Shown: positions 12,328 to 25,893 of the stretch, piece after piece
Position numbering within the stretch: position 1 is the stretch's first letter
Layout: each line of letters begins with the position of its first letter
NCBI RefSeq assembly: GCF_018977255.1
Contig: NW_024704742.1
Span: 68,140,001 to 68,204,000, forward strand
From: Callorhinchus milii
Taxonomy: Eukaryota
DNA length: 64,000 nt
Reading direction: 5' to 3'
Position numbers and translations under genes: made by a program
Notes under the pieces: model-generated
Databases searched by the model: none
What the model was told of the DNA's origin: nothing
Seen by the model: the letters and a program-made list of their open reading frames with translations, nothing else

Positions 12328-15300
12328 ACCAACTTGCGCCTGATATAAGGTAACCAAAAAGTCGTGATATCATTACAATGGCTAATAAGTCTGAAAGAAA
12401 TGCTGATTTTTTTTAGATAATAGGGTAGTTATCATGATAGTTAGTACAGGTCACCCTGTACTAACCTGAATTATCTCCAGGGGAGATAGTGTCCATTCCA
12501 TTCCAGACACAGGGTAAGTGTAGATGGAGTACATAGATGAAACTCTCAGTCTGGTTTGGATACTCTCAAGCATGGCGATGGATTTCCATTTGTGTCAGAC
12601 ATCCGCTGACCAAAACAAAAGATTTATTTTAAGCAAAGGTTCAATGCACAAAATAAATAATTCACCCTTTTATCCTGGGAGAAGAAGAGGAGGAGAGGGG
12701 TGCAGAGTGACATATCTGGGTCACCAGCACCAGCCTGTTCTCAATAACAAGAATCTCTGAGATGGTCACTTCAATCCACGACTGTTTGTGGGACACTGCT
12801 GTGCTCAATTGGCTGCCGTGTTTCTCCCACACAATACACAGTCAATTCACTTTATAGTATACTCTGTCAAGCGCTTTGAGACGTCTCGAAGACGTGATAA
12901 AACGCTATATCAAATGCAAGGATTATTATTATCACTGCTGGGCATCCCAGCCTGATTGCACTTGCGTGGAAATGGAGCGGAAATCCTTGAATCAAACAGA
13001 TGGGGCCCTCCATGCAATCGCCAGCTTCAGGTCCAAGCTACAGGGTTTTCAGGGGCAGGGGAGGGATGGGGGATCTTTGTTGAATTGAATAAATATATCA
13101 CTTACACAGACAACAAGGCTACTTTGGCTCCAGACCAACAAGGCTGCCACTACCACCCATGTGTCCCATGGAACCTCTGCCAAGTATCTTTGGAGGGAAG
13201 TCCAATCCAGATGCTCTGCTATTTCCAGAAAAGCAATCCCAGGCAGGGAGCACAATATTACGTTTGACCTAGCAGCAGCAACAGCAATGGAAGTCTGAAT
13301 ACACTAGCCCTGTAGATTGATCTCAAAAAGCAACTACTACAGTAGAGGCCATGGCATGCGACCAAAGGGGATATTTTGAAGCACTTTTTAAATAAAAGAG
13401 AAACTCAGGAGGTACTATAAAATAGATTCCAGTTGCATGAAAATGTGGGAAGTTTGCTGTCCATGGTTCTAGTTATATTTATATTTCTGGAGTGCAATTT
13501 GTGTAATTTTTAATTGTGATAACATCTGCCGATGTAGCCATTACTACTAAAGAAATCTCAATTTCTGATCTTGTGATAATAACTATTTCACGGATTTCAT
13601 CCCATACCTTATAATAATAATAATCCTTGCATTTGATATAGCTCTTTTCAAGTCTTCTAGAAGTCTCAATGTGCTTCACAGTATATCCTGTAAAGTGAAT
13701 TGACTGTATATTTGTGGGCGAAACACGGCAGCCAATTGCGCACAGCAGTGTCCCACAAGGCGAGTGCTCTAACCACTGAGCTACAGGACTCCTCCAACTT
13801 CACCCATATTCTGCAACCTCCTATCACCTCGGCTACTCTGTCCTCTCAACAAACACCGCCCTACTTCAATTCCACTGCCCAACTCACCGCACCATTTGCT
13901 CTGGATTCCCCCAACAGAGGAAATAGTTTCTCTGTAGCTACCTATCGAATCCCTTTATTATTTTGAATGTTATCTCATGGCTGTTGGCAGACCTTGCTGT
14001 TGCAAATGGCTGCTGCATGTGCCTACTGCAATTGATGGTAGTTAATTGTGATGCACTTGAGACGTTGGAACGTGATAAGGGTCTGTAAAAAAACATGGCC
14101 TTTCTTCTCTTTCATTCTAGTCAAAACTCCTATGATTACACTAAATGTTACAGAAATGGCAATAATAGCCAGCAATATAACATATAATATGACAGTCTCT
14201 GTCACATGTCATATCTGCTTATTTCAGAAGAGATACATTACTGGACTGGCTTGTGCACCTAGCTTTTCATTATCTTGGACAGCAGCTTGCTTGATCTGAA
14301 AAGAAATGGGTTGGATTTGTTGGTTTTGCAGTCAAAATTGGAAGGACTCTTTGCATTCTAACCCACATGTCTTCTTGATCACAGGAAGGCAGCTTTCCTT
14401 TGAATAGAATCTACGCTTGTGAGCTTCCTATTACCTGTCCCAAAAGTGGGAATTGGTTGTCATCCCAACTGACTGTCAACGAGCAAGGTTGACTGTGTAT
14501 CCTAGAAATATCTGATATATTCTGAATTTATGAATAGTGTAATGCATTTTCTCTCGCCTGTGATGGTGAATCAGTATCAAGAGAATAACATAGCAGTATG
14601 AATTTACTAAGCTTTGAGGATGGTGTGTCCTGTCGGAGGCATCAGCAGATCAGTAGAAAGAACGTCAGGAAGTGTGCAACAAGACATTCAGTTTGCCAAT
14701 AAATAAAGTCACCGAACTTCACAGTAAAGTCCCATGAAGCGCTTTGAGATGTTTGGATGACATGATAAGGCACAATATCAAATGCAAGGGTTATCCGCAA
14801 AGGATATTATTATCTACCTTCACATCTGTTGAAACAAAGCAGTGCGTCGAAGCAATGCACTGGAATTTCAGGTTCGATGGTGAACTTGAGCCCAAGGTGT
14901 GAACCTGCATAACCTTGGAATTTCCCATCTAATACCATGTTTGGTGAAAGAACCAACTCTTATCAGGACCACAGTGGTTTAAGGAGAAAGTTCCATAAGT
15001 GTTAGACTCCCAGCTGACCAAAAAAAATTGTAGGCTGAGAGAGAAGGAGAAAGAGACAATTGTTCTGAGTTTATAATGAAGCACTCTAAATGCACCCGTG
15101 ACAGATGTTCTGCTGTGTGAATGCAAACAGAGTGCCTGTAAGCTGCTTAAACTATCTCACTGCTGTTTGATCTGGAGAGAATTGGGGGAAAGGGACTCAA
15201 AGGCCAGCTGATGTGGTGGCATCTTATTGATGCATTCCAGCACTGGCAGCTGTGGCAGGGTGGGTGAGAGAAAAAACAGCAGTGATTAAATGTGTGTAAA

Positions 15301-16232
15301 TTATAATGATTTAAAATTAGCCTCAAGAAAACCCACTGGGTTTTAGATGAGCACTGGTTTTCCTTCATAAGTGCTTCACTACTGCAGAATATTAATGTTT
15401 CTATTTATTTACCCTCCGAGAGAAGAAATGTCTTCTAACCTCACTTTTCTTGTATCTGCTCATGATTGTGCTGCCTTGACATTGATTCTCCAATGAAAGT
15501 AAATAGTATTTCCCTACCTAAACTATCATTAGTATTTTAAACACTGCTGTCATGTTTTTTATTTGGACAGCAGGATGTCTGACACACGTGGAAACCCATC
15601 ACAGTGCTTGCTCCACAATCCAGACTGTGAGTTTCACACGTGTATGGAAATTTTTGTTTTCTTAATCTGCTTGGCTTCAGTGGAAAAAACCTCAGTTTAG
15701 CCAGCTTCTCTGTATGTTGCCTCATACTCCAGTTCTGGGGGTATCGCTGGATTGTCAGAGGTGCCGTTCTTCAGATGATACGTTAAACTGAGATAATAAA
15801 AAAAACCTTGCATTTGATACAGCGCTTTTCAAGTCTTTGAGACTCTCAAAGCACTTCACAGAATATACTATAAAGTGAATTGTCTGTATATTTGTGGGCG
15901 AAATGCGGCAGCCAATTGAGCATAGCAGTGTCCCACGAACAGTCATGGATTCAGTGACCCAATTATTATTGTTTTTTTTGTTTGGTTGTTTTTCTTGAGG
16001 GATTATTATCAGGCGTGTGAAGTTTCTCCCTGTGTTCTGGCCAACAATCCTGCAGATAATATTGATCATTTTATGGCAGTTTGTTGGACATTGCTGTGCA
16101 TAAATTGGCTGACTCCATTTGCCTTCAAATGTACAGTCACTGTCACTTTACAGTAAATCTAGTGCAGTGGTTTGAGACATCATCTCAGCTTGAATGGCTG
16201 TATCAAATGCTTTTCGATTGCTATAGGATTTA

Positions 16233-16605
16233 TGTGTCCCGTAGCATGGTGGTTAGAGCACTCGCCTCACAAGCGAGAGGACCCAGGTTTGATTCCCGGG
16301 CAGGGCAAAAGCTTGGACAAGTTTCCTTGCTCCACATGCCTCTGTTTACCTAGCGATAAATAGGAACTCATTTGTTGGTGGATCGCTTTCCAGGGTAATA
16401 TTCCCTCAAAAAGAGATTTTGATCACTCAATCCACGACTGTTTGTGGGATGTTGCTGTGTGCAATTGGCTGTCGCCCACAAAATACACAGTCAATTTACT
16501 TTACAGGATATCCTGTGAAGCGCTTATCCAACTGAGACATCTCACTTATGTGATAAGGCGCTATATCAAATGCAAGGATTATTATCATGATTATTATTAT
16601 TTATT
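16233..16605 (+). mobile_element. tRNA-derived SINE family A, long form. Other copies: ~19590-19950(-), 21298-21660(+), 24535-24860(+), 30139-30515(+), 32153-32470(+), 41730-42030(-)
   Basis: Head with A/B boxes (gtggttagagcactcgcctcacaagcgag...tttgattccc), central ggcaagtttccttactccacatgcctctgtttacctagcagtaa-type domain, shared tail ending tatatcaaatgcaaggattatt. Confidence 0.85.
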
Positions 16606-17049
16606 ATCGTCCTAGTCTTATAAGTTTTAAAGTTGACCTGATGATCCAACCATCAGTTGTCTCTCGATCCTAGTGCTCCCTCGATCCAGTTTGTTTCAAC
16701 AACTGAAGATAATTTCTAATTTGTTGCTTCAATTAAATAATTATTGCTGCTCTGATCACTATAATCATCCAATCTTTTCTGCCATAACATGATTGACGGC
16801 TCACTCACCACTGACCAAAAGGACAAAATTGCAGCACAAGCAATGCATAATTGTCTAATGAGAATCCTGCTGCTGTAGCTAATGAGACTATAGTAGCTAT
16901 AGATAATGACATCTGGGAGAATAATAATAATAACCCTTGCATTTGATATAGCGCCTTATAATGTTATTGAGACGTCTCAAAGCACTTTACAGAATATACT
17001 GTAAAGTGGATTGACTGTGCATTTTGTGAGCGAAATGCGGCAGCCAGTG

Positions 17050-17662
17050 TTGTCTTCATTACATCGAGGCTTGACTATTCAAACTCACTGCTTATCGACC
17101 TCCCCAACTCCTCCCTCCATAGGCTGCAGATCATCCAGAACTCTGCAGCCCGTGTCCTCTCCTGTACTAGGCTTCGTGACCCTATCACCCCCATCCTCAC
17201 CCAACTCCACTGGCTTCCCATCACACAGAGGATACAGTTCAAGATCCTGGTCCTCACCTTCAAAGCCCTCCACGGTCTTGCTCCCCCATACCACTGCGAC
17301 CTCCTAACCCCCTACCACACTGTTTGCTCCCTCCGCTCAGTGTGCTCCGGCCTGCTTTTCGTCCCCCACCTTGCTCACCCCACTATCGGCGGGCAGGTCT
17401 TCCACCACTCTGCACCCACACTCTGGAACTCAATCCCGCAGTCCCTCCATCTCACCCCCTCCCTCGCCACCTTCAAGACCCACCTCAAACCCTCCTCTTC
17501 GACCGTGCTTTCGATCTCCCTGCTTCCCCCCTGCCATCCACCCTCCCCCACCCCGACTCTCAGATCGGGTCCATAACTCTCTCTGTCCAGCGCCTTGGGA
17601 CATCCTCCCAACGTGAAAGGCACTATACAAATGTAATTTTGTTGTTGTTGTTGTTGTTGTTG
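17050..17662 (+). mobile_element. L2 3' fragment inserted in a SINE
   Basis: Homologous to the ORF2 C-terminus, with L2 3' motif and (GTT)n tail. SINE body sequence lies on both sides. Confidence 0.9.
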
Positions 17663-20332
17663 CACAAATAGGCATGAAGTGAGTGACCCAATTTATTTGG
17701 GCGATTGTAGCTTGGACATCATGGGATCTTGACACCCACCTGAACAGGCAGATGGGACCTTGGTTTAGCATTTCATCTGAAGGATGGCACCTCCGACAAT
17801 GCAACACTCCCCAGCACCGCAGTATTACCTTAAACTATATGATTCCAAGTCCCGATGTGGGGCTTCATCCCACAACCTTCTGATTCAGACATGGGAGCGC
17901 TCCCACTGTGCCAGGCTGACACACATTTCATCAGAGTATCTAAAAGTTCTCAAACAACAGGTTACTTTGAAGAGCAGTGACTGTTATGCAGATAAATGTA
18001 GCAGCTAATCTGCATCTGCAGCATGCCCCACACAGCAGTGGGAGGAATGACCAATGAATCAGTGTTTCTTTTGTAAATATGCATGAGGGAGGAATGTTGA
18101 CCAGCACGCTGGAAAAACATCTCTTTTCTCTTTCCACATAGTGGCAATGAACCTTTAAAGTCCACATGAAGGAAACATCTTATCAGAAGGATGGCACCTC
18201 TGACAATTCAGTCAACCCCCCAGACCTGTCCTGTAGACTGAAGTCCCAGCCTACACGGTGAATAAACACAAAATCACAAGAGAGGTTTGGATGAAGGCCC
18301 ATTGCTCCATTTGAAGCTATCCTTTTTTATCTGATGCAACAACAACAACAATCTTGCATTTGGTATAGTGCCTTTCACGTAGGGAGGATGTCCCAAAGTG
18401 CTTTACAGGATACACTGTAAAGTGGAGTGATTGTGTATTTGTGGGTGAATAATTACTCACCCTATTGTTCTCCCATTACAGCAACAAGCTGTTTTTCAAA
18501 AGAGTCCAGTGACCTTACCTCAAAAACCTTTCCTGGTAACCTGTTCGAGTTGTTAATTACCCTCCAAGTAAAGAAATACTTACTGGTTTCTGTCCTGAAA
18601 TTGCCCTTTGCAACCCTGACCCTGTGCTCTCTTATCCTGCTGCCTTAGCAGATTTCAAACTATTGTTTTTGATTTACCTTCACAATGTCATTTAAATCTT
18701 ATACATCTTTACAAGGGCTCCTGTAAAACATCTATTTCTATGTTGAAGAGCCCTAAGTTCTCTAATCATTGTTCATAGCTCCTTCTTCTAAGACTAGGGA
18801 TCAGGCAAGTTGGAATCATCCTTCTTTGGAGAGAGCGCGCATTCCATTCCAACAATCTGTCTCTGGGATTTCCATGTGTAGATGGGATACTTGGAATTCT
18901 CAGCTTGGTTTGGATACTCTTAAGCACAGTGATGGATTTCCACATGTGTCAGACACCTGGCTCCAGGGCTTGGGTAGCATCCTTTATGTCACAGTGACCA
19001 GAACTATACACAGTCTCCAGGTGTGGCCTGACCAGAGGATGGCTACAACCTCTGGCAAAATAGCCCAGCATCCTATTTGCCTTGTTTAATGATCAAAGTA
19101 TTGTTTGAGATCACAGAAAAGTCCAAGCTCTGGATAAAGCTTTGTGCATGTGAAAGCGGAAAGAACAAAGACCGAAAGTGTAAAATGTTCAGATTAATCA
19201 AAATCTCTGAAGACTGATCACTAAATTAGTAATTTAGTAGAACAGGTGCTTGGCCTTCAATGAAGCAAAAATTAATCCAATATAGATGGCTCCAATTGTC
19301 TGTTACTGTAATTAAACTCTGATTCTCTGAGGTACAGATAGCTGTAAAGACATGTATGCCCTTATTCACTAACATTGGTGATGTGCTAAACTCACAACTT
19401 TTCTGCAACATTCCATCCTTTGGATGAGACGTTAAACCAAGGCTAATAACAATAATCCTTGCATTTAATATAGGACCTTTCACATTGGAATGACCTGAAG
19501 CTGGTGATTGCATGGAGGGCTCCATCTGTTTGATTTGAGTATTTGCGCTCCATTTCCCGGCCAGTGCATTCAGGCTGCGATCCCCAGCAGGAATAATAAT
19601 AATAATCCTTGATTTGATTTAGTGCCTTATCATGTCTTTGAGACTACTCAAAGCGCATCACAAAATATACTGTAAAGTGAAATGACTGTATATTTTGTGG
19701 GAGAAACGAGGCAGCCAACTGAGCACAGCAGTGTCCCACAAACACTTGAGGATTGAAGTGACCAATTTATTATTTTTTTAAAGAAGAAATTATTATTGCC
19801 GGTTAACAACCGGGTTCCTACTTACTCATAGGTAAACAGAGGCGTGTGGAGTAAGGAAACTTACCCAACATTTCACCCTGCCAGGAATTGAACCCAGGTA
19901 TCTCACTTGCAAAGTGAGTGCTCTAACCACTGAGCTACAGGACTCCCCATTTAAAACAGTTCACAGGATTTACTGTAAAGTGTAGTCACTGTGTATTTTG
20001 TAGGTGAATATGGTAGCTAATTTGAGAACAATAAACAGCCATGTTCCCTGAACAGCCATGAAGTGAATGACCAATTTTTGATATTGATATTGTGCTTGTC
20101 CCACAAACAGTGGTGGATTGAGCGACCAATTTTTTTTTAAGGGATTATTACGTTATAAAAAAGAAAGTGATTTGCCAATCAATTAACAACCAGGTTTCTA
20201 TTTACTGTGAGTAAACAGAGGCTTGTGGAGTAGAGAAACTTGCCTAAGGTTTTGCCCTGCCCTTCGATTGAATCCTGGTCCTCCCACTTGCTATGCGAGT
20301 GCTCTAATCAGTATAATATAGTGCCTTATCAT

Positions 20333-20619
20333 AAAACAGAAGTCTCTGGGAACACTCAGCAGGTCAGGCAGTATCTATGGAGAAAGGAAACAAAAGTCCT
20401 CTACCCCATTTTCTCTTTTGTCTTCTTTGACCTGCCTCCCCCTTCTCCGTTAGCCCTTAAAAGCCTTTCCCTCCCAACGTGACTCAGTTCTGATGGAGGG
20501 TCACGGACCCGAAATGTTGACTCACTTTCCTTTCTCCATAGATGCTGCCTGACCTGCTGAGTGTTCCCAGCGACTTCTGTTTTTGTTTCAGATTTCCAGC
20601 ATCTGCAGTATTTTGTGTT
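20333..20619 (+). mobile_element. Penelope-like insertion with an inverted terminal segment and degenerate hammerhead core
   Basis: 20333-20390 is the near reverse complement of 20526-20583. Core ctgatggagggtcacggacccgaaatgtt at 20490. 14-bp TSD TAGTGCCTTATCAT at 20319-20332 and 20620-20633. Confidence 0.7.
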
Positions 20620-21839
20620 TAGTGCCTTATCATGTTGTCAAGACGTCCCAAAACACTTCACAGGATTTTACTGATTTTACAGGATCCCTTGTTTGGTTTT
20701 ATTTGAAGGGATTATTATTCCCAGAAAGCGACTTGCTAATCAAATATCAACCAGGTTCCTATGTAGGGAAACTTGCCTAAGGTTTTGCTCTGCCCGGGGA
20801 TTGAACCCCGGTCCTCTCACTTGCTAAGCGAATGATCTAACCAATATAATATAGTGCCTTATCATGTTGTTGAGGTGTCCCAAAACACTTCACAGGATCT
20901 TACTGTGAATTGTAGTGACCAATTTACACATGACAGGATCTCACAAACAGTCATGAAGTGAATGACCAGTTTTAATTGGAGGATTGTTATCTGTTTTCAA
21001 ATAGTACTGGGAGCTTTTTAAAGTCCACCTGAATAGAAAGACTTTAACGTCTCATTCTAACGATGGCAACGCCCACAATTCAGTGCTCCTCCAGCATTGC
21101 ACTGTGTTGTCAGCCCAGACTCTGAACTTGCTGTAAATATATTAGCTGTTGCTTTGACCTACAAAATACAGTCACTACCTATTACTGCGAAAGCTGTGAA
21201 GTGTTTTGAGTCCTCACAGTGTGAAAGGCCCTACATCAAATACAAGGATCCTGAATTATTATTTTGCTGATAGTCCATATCTGTATCTTATTCCTGTAGT
21301 AGAGTCCTGTAGTATAGTTGTTACAGCACTCGCCTCACAAGTGAGAGGATCCGGGTTCAATTCCCAGGCAGGTCGAAACCTAAGGCAAGTGTCCTTACTC
21401 CACAAGTCTCTGTTTCCATATCAGTAAGTGGGAATCTGGTTGTTAGTTGATTGGGGGATTGCTTTCCAGGGATAATAATCCCTTAAAATGTAATAATTTG
21501 GTCACTGTTTGTGGGACACTGTTGTACACAATTGGCTGCCCTGTTTCGCCCTAAATATACAGTCTATTCACTTACAGTATATTCTGTGAAGTACTTTGCG
21601 ACATCTCAATGTCGTGATAAGCCTCTATATCAAATACAATGATCATGATTATTATTATTGACAGCCTCTGAAACCATCTCAGCTCCAATTTTGATAGCTT
21701 CTCTTCGTAAATAAATAGCTTTTCCCTGCACGGTGGCTAGCTTGCAGCTTCTCATCATATATTTGGTTTCCAGCATATGTTGAATGAATGTTAATTGTAA
21801 GTGGGAACTAAATTAATGCAATGATGGTCATGGGGAGGG

Positions 21840-22037
21840 TTCCGGTGACAGTTCTATTAATTCCTCCCCCATATTCCGGTCTCACCTTCACTTTTGACGT
21901 CATCTCTTTATGAGTTACAGAGCAATCCTGGGGCCGGACCACATGGACTGAGGTATTATTAGCCCTTGTCTAACTGAAGGTAGCATCAACACGTGGCTTA
22001 GGTTCCGCTCACAGCAACGAGGCAGCAACTGGTGAGT
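21840..22037 (+). promoter_or_regulatory. Promoter-like segment and candidate first exon
   Basis: TTCCGG at 21840 and 21874, full CRE TGACGTCA at 21895-21902, E-box CACGTG at 21990-21995, donor CTG|GTGAGT at 22032. Confidence 0.45.
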
Positions 22038-22421
22038 GTGAGTCACCAGCCTCCTCCCACCCTCAACAAGAATAGAATCCACTGGCTTTGATTAACGCCT
22101 TCTCTCCTGAGATCTTCAGAACAAACACTGCATTTAGAAATGCAAAGAAATTTTAGTATTTAACTAACTTGACCACAAAATGGTCTGTTTAGACACTCAC
22201 TCCTGCCTCGCATCTCCGAGTCTGCTTCACAGTTCCCCACCAGTTTCCATTGCGTACACTTCCGATCCTCTCAATGCCAATTAGGATCAAGGGGTCAAGT
22301 TTGTGGTGTTTCACAATAACAATCCTTGGAGTTGATGTAGTCCTGCAACTTATTGGTTGAGCACTCGCCCTCAAGCAAGAAAACCTGTGTTTGATTCCCG
22401 GACAGGGCAAAACATTAGGCA

Positions 22422-23493
22422 ACAACAACAATAACAAAATTACATTTGTATAACGCTTTTCACTTCGGGAGGATGTCCCAAGGTGCTGGACAGTCAGTGT
22501 TTCAAACCCGAGCTGGCGGTCGGGATTGGGTAGGGTGGAGGGCAGTGGGGGAAGCAGGGTAATCGAAGGGAGCGGGTGGGTTGTTGGGGGTCAGGAAGTC
22601 ACAGAGGTAGGGGGCCGCAAGACCATGGAGGGCCAGGATCTTGAACTGTATCCTCTTATCCTCTGTGTGATGGGAACCCAGTGGAGTTGGGCGAGGATGG
22701 GGGTGATAGGTTCACGAAGCCTGGTGCGGGAGAAGACACAGACTGCAGAATTCTGGATGGTTTGCAGCCTATGGAGGGAGGAGTTGGGGAGACCGACAAG
22801 CAAGGAATTCGCATAGTCAAGCCTGGATGTTGTGAATGTGTGTATGAGGGTTTTGGCGACCTGCGGTGTGAGAGAGTGGTGGAGCTGGCCATGTGATGTT
22901 GCGGAGGTGGGGGAAGGCAGGGCGAGTCATGGCATGGTAGAAAGGATAGTTGAGGGTCAAGGAAGATGCCAAGGTTCTGGACTGGCTTAGTAAGGAGGAG
23001 TGTGCAACCATGGATGGTGATGCTATCAGTGCCTGAGGTGTGGAGGCGTTGACAGGAGCCAATTAGGAGAGCATCAGTTTTGTGGACGTTCACCTGGAAA
23101 AAGTTAGTTCTCATCCAGGACTTGATGTTCATCAGACATTCAGTCAGGACAGCAGTGGTCCTTAAGTCGAAGGTGGAGGCAGAGAGATAGAGTTGCTTGT
23201 CATTGCATACATGTGGAAGTTGACCCCATGTCTGCGGATGATGTTGTCAAAAGGGAGTATATAGATTTTGAAGAGGAGGGGACGAAAGACAGAGCCCTGA
23301 GGAACTCCGCACGAGATGGTGCGGGGGCTAGAGGAGAAATCGTTTGTGGAGATGAAGCGGAGACGGTGTGAGGGGTAGGATCTGAACCATTCAAAGACAG
23401 AACCATGAATAGAGTGGTCAGCGGTATTGAAGGCAGCAGAGAGGTCAAGGAGGACGAGCAGGCAGGGAAGCCCTGGTCACAAATGGTCACAGA
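22422..23493 (-). mobile_element. L2 fragment (degenerate RT C-half and 3' end) inside a family-A SINE
   Basis: Peptides IKSWMRTNFFQVNVHKTDALLIGS and LQTIQNSA...LHWVPI. TSD TAGGCA at 22416-22421 and 23494-23499. Confidence 0.9.
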
Positions 23494-23609
23494 TAGGCAC
23501 GTTTCTTTACTCCACATGCCTCTGTTTACCTAGCAGTAAGTAGGAAACTGGTTGTTAGTTGATTAGAGGATCGCTTTCCGGGGATAATAATAATCCCTTC
23601 AAAAAAAAT

Positions 23610-23940
23610 AATAATAATAATAATAATAATCCTTGCATTTGATATAGCGCTTTTCACGTCAGGAGGACGTCCCAAAGCGCTTCACAGAACACACTGTAAA
23701 GTGAATTGACTGTATATTTGTGGGCGAACGCGGCAGCCAATTGCGCACAGCAATGTCCCACAAACAGTCGTAGATTGAAAATGACCAATTTAATTATTGT
23801 TTTTTGGTTTTTTGGAGGGATTATTATTAGGCTCTGTGTGGAGTAAGGAAACTTGCCCAAGGTTTCGCCCTGCCTGGAATTGAACTCAGGTCTCTCACTT
23901 GCAAAGCGAGTGCTCTAACCACTGAGCTACAGGACTCCAC
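23610..23940 (-). mobile_element. SINE family A, short form lacking the central domain. Near-identical copy at 25205-25472; others ~31833-32130, 36077-36370, 52760-53073 (all -)
   Basis: Head GTGGAGTCCTGTAGCTCAGTGGTTAGAGCACTCGCTTTGCAAGTGAGAGACCTGAGTTCAATTCC with a TGC (Ala-like) anticodon loop, L2-like tail and (ATT)n end. Confidence 0.9.
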
Positions 23941-25893
23941 AGTGATTTGATCACTCAATTCATGACTGTGTGGGACACTGCTGTGCACAATTGGCTGCCA
24001 CATTTTATTATTATTATTATTGTCTCAATGACGTGATAAGGCGCTATAACAAATGCAAGGATTATTATTATTATGTAATGCCCTATCACGTCTCCAAGCT
24101 GTCTCAAAGGATTTTACAGTTGGCTCTTCAAGATGCTATCCTGGGGATAGGGTCCTATATAACTGCAAGTTATTGTTGTAAAGTGTAGTGACTGTATGTG
24201 ATGGTGAAGGCAGCCACCAATTTCACACAGCAATGTCCCACAAACAGTGATAAAGTTAATGAATGATTTTTTTAAAATTTGGGGTATTGTTGGTCAGGAC
24301 ACTGGGACAAACTCCCTTCTCTTTTTGAATGGTGCCAAAGGGTCTTTAACATGCACCTGGACAGGCAGATGGGACCTCGGTTTAACGCCTCATTCAACGA
24401 TAACCCCCAGCACTGCATCTGAGAGTATGTGATCCCAACTCCTGACTCAGAAGCGATAGTTCTATCTTCTGAGCCAGGCAAAACTGTCTAAAGCATTAAA
24501 TTATTTTAAACAATAATAATAATAATCCTAATCATGGAGTCTTGTAGCTCAGTGGTTAGAGCACTCTCCTCGCAAGCGAGGGTTTGGTTCCCGGCAGGGT
24601 GAAATGTTGAGTAAGATTCCTTACTCCACACGCCTCTGTTTACCTAGCAGCAGTAATAATCCCTCCAAAAAAACAAAACAATAATAAATTGGTCATTTTC
24701 AATCCACGACTGTTTGTGGGACGTTGCTGTGCGCAATTGACTGCCGCATTCGCCCGCAAATATAGTCAATTCACTTTACAGTATATTCTGTGAAGCGCTT
24801 TGGGACGTCTAGAAGACGTGAAAAGCAATATATCAAATAAAAGGATTATTATTATTATTATAAGTAGGAACTCAGTTGTTAGTTGATTCGTGGATCGCTT
24901 TTACAGGGGTAACAATTCCTTCAAAAAAAAATTGGTCAATTCAATCCACAACTGTTTGTGAGACACTGCTGTGTGCAATTGGCTGCTGCGTTTCTCCCAC
25001 AAAGCATACAGTTAATTCACTTTACAGGATGTACTGTGAAGCGCTTTGGGACGTCTCAAAGACTTAATAAGGCGCTACATCAAATGCAAGGTTATTATTA
25101 TTGTTTGATATAGCAGCTTATCACATTGCTGGGACAGCTCAAAGGTCTTCAAAGAATATAATAATAATAATCCTTGCATTTGATATAGCGCTTTTCACAT
25201 CTTCTAGATAATAATAATAATCCTTGCATTTGATATAGCGCTTTTCACGTCGGGAGGACGTCCCAAAGCGCTTCACAGAACATACTGTAAAGTGAATTGA
25301 CTGTATATTTGTGGGCGAACGCGGCAGCCAATTGCGCACAGCAATGTCCCACAAACAGTCGTAGATTGAAAATGACCAATTTAATTATTGTTTTTGGTTT
25401 TTTGGAGGGATTATTAGGCTCTGTGTGGAGTAAGGAAACTTGCCCAAGGTTTCGCCCAGCCTGGAATTGAACTGTCTCAAAGCGCTTCACAGAATAGACT
25501 GTAAAGTGAATTGACTGTATATTTGTGGGCGAAATGTGACAGCAATGTCCCACAAACAGTTGTGGATTGAAATGATCAAGTTATTATTGTGTGCAGAGAG
25601 GAAACTTGCCCAAAGTTTCGCCCTGCCGGGAATCGAACCCAGGTCTTTCGCTTGCAAAACGAGTGCTCTAACCACTGAGCTACAGGACTCCACATATATT
25701 GTAAAGTGGATTGACTGTGTAATCTGTAGGTGAAACACGGCAGCCAATTGCCCACAGCAGTGTCCCACAATATTTTTATATTTTATATTGAGTGACTACC
25801 AATATTTTTTTTGTGGTGGAGAGGGATTATTGTCCCCAGAAAGCGATCCGCTAATCAACTAACAACTGGATTCCTTCTTACTACAAGGTAAAC

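Noticed and set aside
23865..23940. tRNA-Ala(TGC)-like cloverleaf with A/B boxes (many similar copies)
   Set aside because: It is always attached to the SINE body and tail and varies between copies, so it is a SINE head, not a tRNA gene.
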